DNA of 24,000 bases, taken from the NCBI GenBank assembly GCA_002067965.1, contig MVRN01000038.1:1-24000 (forward strand). The letters are read 5' to 3'. Below the pieces are notes generated by a model. It was not told the origin of the DNA. It saw only the letters and a list, made by a program, of their open reading frames with translations, and ran no database searches. Below are positions 8,153-16,190 of this stretch, one piece after another (the first letter of the stretch is position 1; each line of letters begins with the position of its first letter). This DNA comes from Pelotomaculum sp. PtaU1.Bin035 (GTDB lineage Bacteria > Bacillota > Desulfotomaculia > Desulfotomaculales > Pelotomaculaceae). Position numbers and translations under genes: made by a program.

Positions 8153-9271
8153 TTGAATAATAAAGTCACACTAATTATCACTGGCGTACTTGTTGGGATG
8201 CTGGCTGTATTGTTAGTCAAGTTAGGCAATCCACCCAATATGGGAGTTTGTATTGCTTGTTTTTTGCGAGATATCTCCGGCGCCCTTGGATTGCACCAGG
8301 CTAATACGGCTCAATACATTCGTCCGGAAATATTAGGCCTGGCTCTTGGCGCCTTTGCGACTTCCGTTGTCACAAAGGATTTTCGGGTTTGGGGTGGTTC
8401 AAGCACCTTTACCAGGTTTGTGTTAGGGTTCTTTGTAATGATTGGCATGCTGGTGTTTTTAGGCTGCCCGCTAAGACTGATTTTTCGCCTGTCGGCTGGT
8501 GATCTCAATGCCTTGGCAGGTCTCCTGGGTTTGATTGCCGGAGTAGCATTGGGCGCTGTTTTTCTAAGGAAAGGTTTTACCCTCGGTCAGGCCGTTACTC
8601 AGAATAAAACGAATGGATACATATTCCCAGCAATTATTTTAGCTTTTCTTATCCTTTTATTAACAGCACCTGCGTTTATCTTTTTCAGTGCTCAAGGACC
8701 CGGTTCGATGCACGCGCCTCTGATTATTTCACTTGGCGCCGGTATTATTATAGGTGTATTGGCACAGCGTTCCAGGCTGTGTTTAATCGGCGGAATAAGG
8801 GATTTTATACTATTCAAGGAGTTTTATATGTTATACGGCTTTCTGGCAATTTTATTTGCCGCCATGGCCGGTAATTTACTTATGGGAAGTTTTAAGTTAG
8901 GTTTTGTGGATCAACCGATTGCCCATAATGATGGAATATGGAACTTTCTTGGTATGGCGTTGAGTGGTTTCGGTTCTGTCCTTTTGGGTGGTTGTCCGCT
9001 TCGTCAGTTAATCTCCGCATCGGAGGGCAATACAGATTCCGCCGCCACAGTTACCGGATTGCTGACAGGAGCCGCATTCGCCCATAATTTCGGCTTGGCT
9101 GCCAGCGCCAAAGGAGTTCCTGTGGCTGGACAAACTGCTGTCATTATTGGTTTTGTTGTAGTTATATGGATAGCTTTTTTTAATATTTTTCTTAAGATTA
9201 AATCTCAAGTTTCACAAGGAGTGATTGATAATGACGGAAATAAAGGACACAAGGGGGCTAGCTTGTCCTGA
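8153..9271 (+). CDS. YedE/YeeE family transporter (putative selenium/sulfur transport)
   Basis: Multi-TM protein with duplicated motifs FLGCPLRLIFRLSAGD and LGGCPLRQLISASEGN. TTG start with an AGGAG RBS. Confidence 0.85.
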   Translation: MNNKVTLIITGVLVGMLAVLLVKLGNPPNMGVCIACFLRDISGALGLHQANTAQYIRPEILGLALGAFATSVVTKDFRVWGGSSTFTRFVLGFFVMIGMLVFLGCPLRLIFRLSAGDLNALAGLLGLIAGVALGAVFLRKGFTLGQAVTQNKTNGYIFPAIILAFLILLLTAPAFIFFSAQGPGSMHAPLIISLGAGIIIGVLAQRSRLCLIGGIRDFILFKEFYMLYGFLAILFAAMAGNLLMGSFKLGFVDQPIAHNDGIWNFLGMALSGFGSVLLGGCPLRQLISASEGNTDSAATVTGLLTGAAFAHNFGLAASAKGVPVAGQTAVIIGFVVVIWIAFFNIFLKIKSQVSQGVIDNDGNKGHKGASLS

Positions 9272-9443
9272 GCCGGTTTTAATTGTTAAAAATGAAATGG
9301 TAAAGCTGGGGAGCGGGGTAATTAAAGTTTTAGTAAACGGAACTGCCGCAAAGGATAATATATCAAGATTAGCCAGAGCTGAGAAATGGGCGGTAAATAT
9401 TTCAGAAGAAGGAGAAGAATGGTTGTTGACACTTACTAAATAG
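9231..9443 (+). CDS. TusA/SirA-like sulfurtransferase family protein (YedF-like)
   Basis: DTRGLACPEPVLIVKNEM contains the CPxP motif. AAGGAG upstream of the ATG at 9231. Overlaps the yedE-like gene. Confidence 0.88.
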   Translation: MTEIKDTRGLACPEPVLIVKNEMVKLGSGVIKVLVNGTAAKDNISRLARAEKWAVNISEEGEEWLLTLTK

Positions 9444-9534
9444 TACACGCCGCCGAACCTTTTGACACAGGTATTTCCACTACTGAATATAATAACATAT
9501 AATGAATAAGTAAATCTGCACGGGAGAGATTTAC

Positions 9535-9876
9535 ATGGATATAATCAGTGTGGGGCTTGTTCTTTTCGCAATTATTTTATTTGCAGTGACGTTGAGTTTG
9601 TCCCTTAGATTGCCAAGGATATTTAAGTTGCCGCAGAAAGCAAAAAAAACACATAACCACATTAGCAATTCAGTAAGCGAGCCCCATGGAGAACACAAGC
9701 AAAATACAATTACACTGAAGCTGCCCTGGGACGGTAAATATAATAATACTTATAATATAGACTTTAGACTTTCCCTGGCTAACAATAGCAAGAATGAGCA
9801 AAATAAAAAAGATAGTATTATATCTACTGGACTGAAAAAAAAATTTCACCGCAATTTTGATGAATATTTTAAATAA
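9535..9876 (+). CDS. Hypothetical membrane-anchored small protein
   Basis: 113-aa ORF with an N-terminal TM (IISVGLVLFAIILFAVTLSLSL) and a polar Asn/Lys-rich tail, co-directional with the yedE/tusA-like genes. Confidence 0.6.
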   Translation: MDIISVGLVLFAIILFAVTLSLSLRLPRIFKLPQKAKKTHNHISNSVSEPHGEHKQNTITLKLPWDGKYNNTYNIDFRLSLANNSKNEQNKKDSIISTGLKKKFHRNFDEYFK

Positions 9877-9920
9877 TTGAAACGGCGTATGCCGGCTGGA
9901 GTGCCGGCCAGCAACATAAT

Positions 9921-9960
9921 ATAAGAACCCGGGCCGAAAATCCAGGGTTCTTATTTATTA
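9921..9960 (+). terminator. Rho-independent terminator
   Basis: 10-bp stem ataagaaccc (9921-9930) / gggttcttat (9944-9953) followed by ttatta. Confidence 0.7.
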
Positions 9961-10003
9961 CGTCAATAAACGCCAAGGTCAAAGGCTTCACGCGGCAGCA
10001 TTA

Positions 10004-10039
10004 ATACAACCACCGGACCTTTTGACCCGGTGGTTGTAT
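10004..10039. repeat. Perfect 13-bp inverted repeat
   Basis: atacaaccaccgg (10004-10016) / ccggtggttgtat (10027-10039), 10-nt loop. Confidence 0.75.
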
Positions 10040-10086
10040 CGGCTTAGCCCAGGCGCCGCTAAGTATGGTATAATCTTTTTAAAATT

Positions 10087-10203
10087 TTAAATGCAGCCGC
10101 CAAAACAACTCAGACCTAAAATGAGAAGGATAAAAATCAAGAAGATAATAAACGCGGAGTTGCCAAAACCGGCGCAAGCGCCTTCAGTTACTACATCGGC
10201 CAT
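10087..10203 (-). CDS. YjcZ-family-like small sporulation-type protein (38 aa), absent from the ORF track
   Basis: Minus strand: AAAAGGAGG, then ATG and MADVVTEGACAGFGNSAFIIFLIFILLILGLSCFGGCI*. One hydrophobic helix with a Gly/Cys-rich N-terminus. Confidence 0.65.
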   Translation of the reverse strand: MADVVTEGACAGFGNSAFIIFLIFILLILGLSCFGGCI

Positions 10204-10323
10204 GAAGAATGCCTCCTTTTTTTTAATAATATATGCGACAGATGATAAATGTGTTATCGTTGATTATTTTATATTTTGGAGTATGATATAATAATATTGC
10301 AGTATGTAATAGAGGAGGCAATA

Positions 10324-10914
10324 ATGAATTATATAGTTTTCGACTTAGAAATGAATAACAAATGGGGAACCAAAATACATGAAATTATAGAAATCGGTGC
10401 GGTAAAGATTAACTCAAAAATGGAAATAGTTAGTACCTTTCAATCATTTATCAAACCAAAACTATACCCAATTATAAGCCAACTAATTAGAAAGAAAACA
10501 CAAATTAAACAAGAATGGATTGATAATGCAAAAGAATTATCCTATGTGATAAATGATTTTAAAAAATGGATTGGAGAAGAAGATTTTGTTTTATGTGGAT
10601 GGGGCATTGATGATTTAATTACATTTAAAAGAAATTTTGAAATCAATAATATAAGTAATACAACACTTGATTTATTAGTAAATTACTATGATATACAAAA
10701 TGGGTTTATTAAAATATATAACCTGCCAAACCAAATATCTTTAAAAAATGCTCTTGAAATGTTAAACACTAAACCTAAATATAATATCTGGCACAGGGCA
10801 ATATATGACGCTATTAATACTTCACTGGTATTTATTATACTATTTGACAAAATGAAAAACAGACTTGAATTTAATAAAAATATTGTAGATACTGCAAGAA
10901 ATTGCGCCAAGTAG
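10324..10914 (+). CDS. DEDDh 3'-5' exonuclease family protein (KapD/RNase T-like)
   Basis: MNYIVFDLEMN (Exo I), CGWGIDDL (Exo II), HRAIYDA (Exo III, HxxxxD). GAGGAGG RBS. Confidence 0.85.
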   Translation: MNYIVFDLEMNNKWGTKIHEIIEIGAVKINSKMEIVSTFQSFIKPKLYPIISQLIRKKTQIKQEWIDNAKELSYVINDFKKWIGEEDFVLCGWGIDDLITFKRNFEINNISNTTLDLLVNYYDIQNGFIKIYNLPNQISLKNALEMLNTKPKYNIWHRAIYDAINTSLVFIILFDKMKNRLEFNKNIVDTARNCAK

Positions 10915-10942
10915 ACAGGCCCCCATGATTTGGCGCCACAAA

Positions 10943-11878
10943 TTAATAATAACCCGGGGTTTCCTTAAGCCACTGGTGGGTTAAAGCCAGTCCCTCGCCG
11001 ATTTTGTATGCCGGCTTGAAGCCCAGGATTTCTTTTGATTTCCGGTTGTCTATGGACAGCCTGCGGCCTGCCGCGGGGCTGTCCCGGAAAAGAACCGGGC
11101 TGCCGCAGCCGGTAATCCTCTTGACTGCAAAGGCCAGTTCACGCATGGAAATACATTCATCGCCCCCAATATTAAATAGCCCTCCTATGGCGCCGGGCCG
11201 GATCAAGCTCAGGACAACCGCTTCGGAAAAATCGTTAACGAACGTATAGGTCCGGCTGTCCGAACCGTCTCCATATAAAGTCAACGGTTCATTTCGCATG
11301 GCCTGGCGCAAAAATTTAATCGGCACACTAATCCTGGAGTTCCTCGGCCCGTAGATATCCGCAACACGTAATATCACCTGCCTGAGTCCGTTGCTTACGG
11401 CAAGCGTCCGGCAAAAATTTTCACCGGCCAGCTTAACCGCGCCGTGCATCAGGACAGGTTCCAAGGGGTGGCTTTCATCAATGGGGATATATTTGCCATT
11501 GCCGTAAACTGCAATGGATGAAATATAGACTAATATCGCGTTATTAGCGAGTGCCGCCCTTATTAAATTAAGGAGTCCGGTCAAAATATCCGTTATAGCC
11601 CTGGTTTCGATTGAGCGCTGGCGCAATGCCATGGGAAACGCCAGGTGAACAATGCTATCGACGTCTTTTGCGGCTTTTAGCACGGAATCTTCGCAAGCTA
11701 TGTCACTATTTATCAGATCAATCTGTTTCCTAACCGCAGCCAGATTCGTTTCCCTGCCGGAAGTAAACAGGTCCAGCGCCCGTACCCCCGCTCCCTCCGC
11801 AAGCAGCCGTTCGCAAAGGTGTGAACCGAGAAAACCCGCCCCCCCCGTTACTAAAACCTTACGGCCTGTTAACCTCAC
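10943..11878 (-). CDS. NAD-dependent epimerase/dehydratase (extended SDR)
   Basis: VLVTGGAGFLGSHLCERLLAEG Rossmann motif, YISSIAVYG, GRNSRISVPIKFL. Confidence 0.93.
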   Translation of the reverse strand: MRLTGRKVLVTGGAGFLGSHLCERLLAEGAGVRALDLFTSGRETNLAAVRKQIDLINSDIACEDSVLKAAKDVDSIVHLAFPMALRQRSIETRAITDILTGLLNLIRAALANNAILVYISSIAVYGNGKYIPIDESHPLEPVLMHGAVKLAGENFCRTLAVSNGLRQVILRVADIYGPRNSRISVPIKFLRQAMRNEPLTLYGDGSDSRTYTFVNDFSEAVVLSLIRPGAIGGLFNIGGDECISMRELAFAVKRITGCGSPVLFRDSPAAGRRLSIDNRKSKEILGFKPAYKIGEGLALTHQWLKETPGYY

Positions 11879-11911
11879 TTTAACCCTCCAATCGCGGATA
11901 ATTGCATAAGT

Positions 11912-12001
11912 AGTCAGCAGTCAGGAGTCAGTACGCAGAATAAAAGAATAAAAAATTTTTATTGCCTTGTAATATTCTGACTGCTGACTCCTGAATTCTG
12001 A
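11912..12001. repeat. Intergenic imperfect inverted-repeat element
   Basis: Left arm tcaggagtcagtacgcagaata matches the reverse complement of attctgactgctgactcctga. The loop is AT-rich. Confidence 0.75.
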
Positions 12002-12006
12002 ATGAA

Positions 12007-12606
12007 CTACACTTTCATGAAGGGATCCGCTTCTTTCCGGTCTGCCCTGGCGGTCCCGCCGCGTCGCAACAGAACCACGGCGACTGTTTTAATCATTATT
12101 TTTAAGTCCAGCCATAATGAACAATGCTCAACGTACCATATGTCCATTTCAATACGCTCCGGCCAGTAAACAGCCAAACGGCCGTTGACTTGCGCCCACC
12201 CGGTGATTCCCGGCTTCACATTTAATCTTTTTTTCTGTCTCTCATTATACTTGCTTAGATGGTGCAGAGGAGCGGGCCGGGGGCCCACCAGGCTCATCTC
12301 CCCGCGAATAACATTAAATAACTGGGGCAATTCATCAATACTGGTCTTTCTAAGAAACTTGCCGACAGCAGTTATTCGCGGGTCGTCTTTTTCCACAAAC
12401 ATCCCGGACCCGATATTTACAGCATTAGGGACCATGCTCCGGAATTTATACAAATCAAATATTTTTCCATGCAGCCCCACGCGTTGTTGCCTGAAAAAGA
12501 CTTTACCGTGTGAAGTTATCTTTATCGCCAGCGCTGCCACTAACAACAGCGGACTGGTGATTGCCAGAATCAATAAAGAGCCAAGCAGGTCAAACGCTCT
12601 TTTCAT
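12007..12606 (-). CDS. Exopolysaccharide-initiating sugar transferase (WcaJ/EpsL-like)
   Basis: MKRAFDLLGSLLILAITSPLLLVAALAIKI...GKVFFRQQRVGLHGKIFDLYKFRSM...KPGITGWAQVNGR. GGAGG is 8 nt before the ATG at 12606. Confidence 0.94.
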   Translation of the reverse strand: MKRAFDLLGSLLILAITSPLLLVAALAIKITSHGKVFFRQQRVGLHGKIFDLYKFRSMVPNAVNIGSGMFVEKDDPRITAVGKFLRKTSIDELPQLFNVIRGEMSLVGPRPAPLHHLSKYNERQKKRLNVKPGITGWAQVNGRLAVYWPERIEMDIWYVEHCSLWLDLKIMIKTVAVVLLRRGGTARADRKEADPFMKV

Positions 12607-12607
12607 C

Positions 12608-13687
12608 TCAGTACCTCCGGTAACCGGGGAAATAACTTTCACTTTCCCGTGGAATTTTTGCCGCCATCAGATCTTCCAGCATAATCACCGCTTCATGGTC
12701 ATGCACCTTTTTCCCAACGTAGAAATCCAATATGCCGCCCCTCGCAAAGGAACGTTTATAATAAAAAACACCGTCCCCCTCGCGGTAGCCGCCGCCAAGT
12801 AAAAAAAAGCTGATGCCCCTGCTCTTGGCCCATTTGATTACCTCATGCTTTAAAATATTATTCGGCCGGTACTCATAAAATTCTTCCAGCGTTCCCCCAA
12901 GAAATGAATGGATATAAGTTTGATTATATAAAAGCAGTTCAGTTGAGATAACCCGGCCGCTCTTCAAGGTATGGGCATATAAAAAATTTCCTTTTAATTC
13001 CTCATGAATACAATCATAAAAATCGTTATTAAAATAGTAAAATTCCCCGGCCTGGTTCCTCATAAGAGTATGGTGGTAAATCGAAACAAAATCATTAAAG
13101 TGCGCCGGCGTTTCCTCCAGGACCACCTCCAGCCCTTCCCGGTAGGCTTTTTTTATATTTTTCCGGTTATTTCGCTCATATCCCGCCCATATTTCTTCAT
13201 CCGGCCTCTTGAGATCAACGCAGATTACAGACGAGGTCCTCTCGATTTCCACATGGTGTAACAGCGAGCGGTGGTTGCTCAATAAGGGGTGGAACCGGAT
13301 GAATTCGGTAATAATGCCGTTCTCGGCGCAGTATCCGGCAAAACACCGGTAAAAGCCGTCCCACGCGCCTTCCCCGGCCGCCGGGGACGCCAGCGGCCCG
13401 CCGTAACCGTAAGGGCTGGTGATATCATACAGGTCCCGCTCAAGTTTACCTGCCAACCCCGGGATCAGGTTCACCCTCCTGAGCAAAAAAGGATAAACGA
13501 CCGCGGCATCCCCTTCCCTGTAGACAAAAAGCCAGGCTTCCCCGGTACCCCTGAACAGCCCGCAGTATTCAGGCCGGTAGTGCAAATCCGGCCTTGAATA
13601 TTTTATGTTTTCCAGTTCCCGCAGCCACTGCTCCTTATCCTGCAAGCCCAGGACATAGAAACTCCCCACTATACGCCACCCTTTCAA
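12608..13687 (-). CDS. FemAB/GNAT-like aminoacyl- or acyl-transferase in the EPS locus
   Basis: WAGYERNNRKNIKKAYREGLEV, HSFLGGT, YKRSFARGG are FemAB-like motifs in a peptidoglycan-bridge-type fold. Confidence 0.8.
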   Translation of the reverse strand: MKGWRIVGSFYVLGLQDKEQWLRELENIKYSRPDLHYRPEYCGLFRGTGEAWLFVYREGDAAVVYPFLLRRVNLIPGLAGKLERDLYDITSPYGYGGPLASPAAGEGAWDGFYRCFAGYCAENGIITEFIRFHPLLSNHRSLLHHVEIERTSSVICVDLKRPDEEIWAGYERNNRKNIKKAYREGLEVVLEETPAHFNDFVSIYHHTLMRNQAGEFYYFNNDFYDCIHEELKGNFLYAHTLKSGRVISTELLLYNQTYIHSFLGGTLEEFYEYRPNNILKHEVIKWAKSRGISFFLLGGGYREGDGVFYYKRSFARGGILDFYVGKKVHDHEAVIMLEDLMAAKIPRESESYFPGYRRY

Positions 13688-13794
13688 GTAGTCAGAATTC
13701 AGAAATCGGAGTTCGGAGCACCTCGCGGCTAAACCGTTCTCTCATCCCGACTCCCGGCTCTTAAGTACCGGCTGCCGGCTACTGACTGCTGGAG

Positions 13795-14382
13795 CTACCA
13801 ATATCTAAACCAGTAATATATGAGTTTTATATATTCCCGCATGACTATCTGCCTGTCAATATCGCTTTTGCATTGCCCATCCACATTAAATCCGGAGCCT
13901 ACGGTTGAACAGTAAAGCAGTTTTACGCCGGTATTTTTAAACACTCTTCCGAATACCAGCTCGCTCCTCCTCATATGGTACGGTGATGATACAATAATGG
14001 CAGACTTGAAATTCTGGGCAGCTACTATATCCCTGGAATAAACGGCATTCTTATATGTGTTCTCAGATTTGTCATCAATTAAAATATCCTGTTCTCTAAC
14101 ACCCGCGCTGACGGCCCTTTTCGCCATCTGCCCGCCCCCTATGCCCGACATGATTATTTTTGGCGCCAGGCCCAACTTGTAAAGCTGCGCGGCATAGAGA
14201 TCCCTCTCCGAATCACCCGACAGGACTATCAGTACATCTGCCTTCACAAGCTTGTCGTCCACAACCAGTAATTTCGCCAGCAAAGGCCACGGGGGGCGGG
14301 CAATGAGACACGCAAGGACAATAATAAACATTAAGCCCGAAAATATAATAATACACCGGCCTTTTCTTTTTATTTGTACCAC
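13795..14382 (-). CDS. YdcF family (DUF218) membrane protein
   Basis: ADVLIVLSGDSERDLYAAQLYKLG...ENTYKNAVYSRDIV...IIVSSPYHMRRS. Confidence 0.88.
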   Translation of the reverse strand: MVQIKRKGRCIIIFSGLMFIIVLACLIARPPWPLLAKLLVVDDKLVKADVLIVLSGDSERDLYAAQLYKLGLAPKIIMSGIGGGQMAKRAVSAGVREQDILIDDKSENTYKNAVYSRDIVAAQNFKSAIIVSSPYHMRRSELVFGRVFKNTGVKLLYCSTVGSGFNVDGQCKSDIDRQIVMREYIKLIYYWFRYW

Positions 14383-14407
14383 CTCTCCATGATGAGGTCT
14401 ACCTGGA

Positions 14408-15052
14408 CTATTTAGACGCGAGAATGGAAAAAAGTGAATCTCCCCGGTTCACCATATCGACCTTGAAGCCACATTCATTCATATGCGACAGAGTATATGT
14501 TTCCAAAACAAAGGCTGTGGGAATAGACTTTTTTCCGGTAAACCGGTAGATATGGGGCGATATAAGCTTTAACGGCGACTTCCAATTCAAAGGTTCCCTT
14601 ATAATTCTCCGCCAGTTGCGTGCCGTAAGATAAAAATACCCGCCTTCTTTCAGCACCCTGAAAATCTCAGCCACAGTTTTCTTTTCATCGGGTGAGTGAA
14701 ATAAGGCGTCCCGGCACATTACAAAATCAACTGATTCATTTTCCAGAGGGACGGAAAGCATGTCTCCAATAAAAAATTCAATGTTATCATTGCCCTGCAG
14801 CCTGAGTTGTGCCTTTTCGTAAAAATACTCAGACAGGTCCTGCCAGATCACCTTGCCGGCGCCCAGGGAGAGAAAAACTTCTTCCCAGTGGCCTGTTCCG
14901 GCAGCAAGATCAAGGACGGTTTTATTCTTGAAATTCAGGCCTAAGCCCTTTATCTCGCGGTGCCACTCACCCTCTATATACAGCTCTTCATTTTTCTGGT
15001 AATATATGTTGCTCAGTTCATTATCCATTACTGTTCCAGCCAAAAAAAACAT
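14408..15052 (-). CDS. Class I SAM-dependent methyltransferase
   Basis: VLDLAAGTGHWEEVFLSLGAGKVIWQDLSEYF...MCRDALFH...EGGYFYLTARN. Start could be the internal ATG at 15028. Confidence 0.88.
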   Translation of the reverse strand: MFFLAGTVMDNELSNIYYQKNEELYIEGEWHREIKGLGLNFKNKTVLDLAAGTGHWEEVFLSLGAGKVIWQDLSEYFYEKAQLRLQGNDNIEFFIGDMLSVPLENESVDFVMCRDALFHSPDEKKTVAEIFRVLKEGGYFYLTARNWRRIIREPLNWKSPLKLISPHIYRFTGKKSIPTAFVLETYTLSHMNECGFKVDMVNRGDSLFSILASK

Positions 15053-15062
15053 ACCCCCATTC

Positions 15063-16190
15063 TTAACTTGTCGAGCGCTGAAAACTATTAGCGTCCCCCA
15101 TATACAGCTTTTCGATATAACCTACCAAGCTGTCTGTCTCAAAATGTTTTATGTCGTTGAAAGCACATTCACGAAACTTGGCGGCTTCGGTTTTGTTATT
15201 TATCAGGTAACTGATACCCGCGGCCAAGGCATAAGGATCCCGTGGCCTGACGAGGTACGAATTTTTCATATGCTTTAAAAAATCAGTTACCCCGCCCACT
15301 TCTGTGGCCACCACCGGCAGCCCTTGGGACATCGCCTCTGCTATAGATATACCGAACCCCTCCATGAGTGACGGTGAAACATATATGTCAAACAAAGGCA
15401 GCAAATCCCTGATATCATTTCTGAAACCCAGTAACTCCACATGCCCTGCCAACCGGTTCGCTCTGATCCGGTTTTCAAGGCTACACCGCTCCGGCCCCTC
15501 TCCGATCATAACCAGTCTTATGTCTACCCCTGTTTCTTTTAAGATTTTTATACTATCTATCAAATAGTTCAAACCTTTTACCGGCCTAAAATTCGCCACC
15601 GTCCCGGCAATTACGCAATCATCAGGCCAGTGGAAGGCCTTGCGAAAATCGCTTTTTGAAATAACTTTTTTAGACACCTCATTGAGTTCTATGGGATTCG
15701 GTATCAAAACCAGCTTTTTTTCCGGGACTCCAATGGATTTTAGCCAGTGTATTATCTTGCTGGACACACCCACAAAATAATTAGTCCTCCGCCTTGCCAG
15801 GCGGTAATAGATCCTCCCCAGAGTTGTCACCTTTCTCCGGTCTGAAAGGTTATGCTCGGTGCTGATTAATTTTACCGGAGTGAGAAAGCCTAAAAAAAGG
15901 CCATAAACATCTGCCAACGCCAGATGTGTATGCAAGATATCATACTTCTCAGCTTTAATTAATTTAAGTATCTTAAAATAAGTTGAAATAAGACCATATT
16001 TTTTTACATCGATACAATAAACCTTATTAACGACTTTCCCCGCCGATAATACAAAATTATCTTCAAAACCAAAAAAACAAACATCGACTTTAAATTTATT
16101 CCTGTCAATTCTGCTTAGAAACCGGTAGGTGGCTGTCTCCGCTCCCCCAACCCCGTTAAAGTTGCTTATTATAATAAGAATTTTTTTCAT
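15063..16190 (-). CDS. Glycosyltransferase family 4
   Basis: GVGGAETATYRFL...PNPIELN...FRPVKGLNYLIDSI...PSLMEGFGISIAEAMSQGLPVVATEVGG. Confidence 0.94.
   Translation of the reverse strand: MKKILIIISNFNGVGGAETATYRFLSRIDRNKFKVDVCFFGFEDNFVLSAGKVVNKVYCIDVKKYGLISTYFKILKLIKAEKYDILHTHLALADVYGLFLGFLTPVKLISTEHNLSDRRKVTTLGRIYYRLARRRTNYFVGVSSKIIHWLKSIGVPEKKLVLIPNPIELNEVSKKVISKSDFRKAFHWPDDCVIAGTVANFRPVKGLNYLIDSIKILKETGVDIRLVMIGEGPERCSLENRIRANRLAGHVELLGFRNDIRDLLPLFDIYVSPSLMEGFGISIAEAMSQGLPVVATEVGGVTDFLKHMKNSYLVRPRDPYALAAGISYLINNKTEAAKFRECAFNDIKHFETDSLVGYIEKLYMGDANSFQRSTS

Noticed and set aside
9886-9915. GC-rich cggcgtatgccggctggagtgccggccagc as a REP element
   Set aside because: It can fold in several short ways, but I cannot show repeated copies in this window.
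10091-10291. Plus-strand ORF MQPPKQLRPKMRRIKIKKIIN...
   Set aside because: No RBS and it is antisense to the 38-aa minus-strand ORF, which has a strong AAGGAGG and a coherent protein. Its 3' end also overlaps the exonuclease promoter region.
10324-10914. Exonuclease as an anti-phage or toxin-antitoxin defence gene
   Set aside because: It is a solitary gene with no partner, nuclease-associated sensor or helicase. The KapD/RNase T-like assignment is enough.
12185-13597. Plus-strand ORFs opposite the sugar transferase and FemAB-like genes
   Set aside because: Shadow ORFs in the G+C-richer part of the window. No motifs, and the opposite strand has well-supported CDSs.
11912-13795. CRISPR-like interpretation of the repeated TCAG words
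   Set aside because: There are no regularly spaced direct repeats with unique spacers and no cas genes. The structure is inverted and occurs as isolated intergenic copies.
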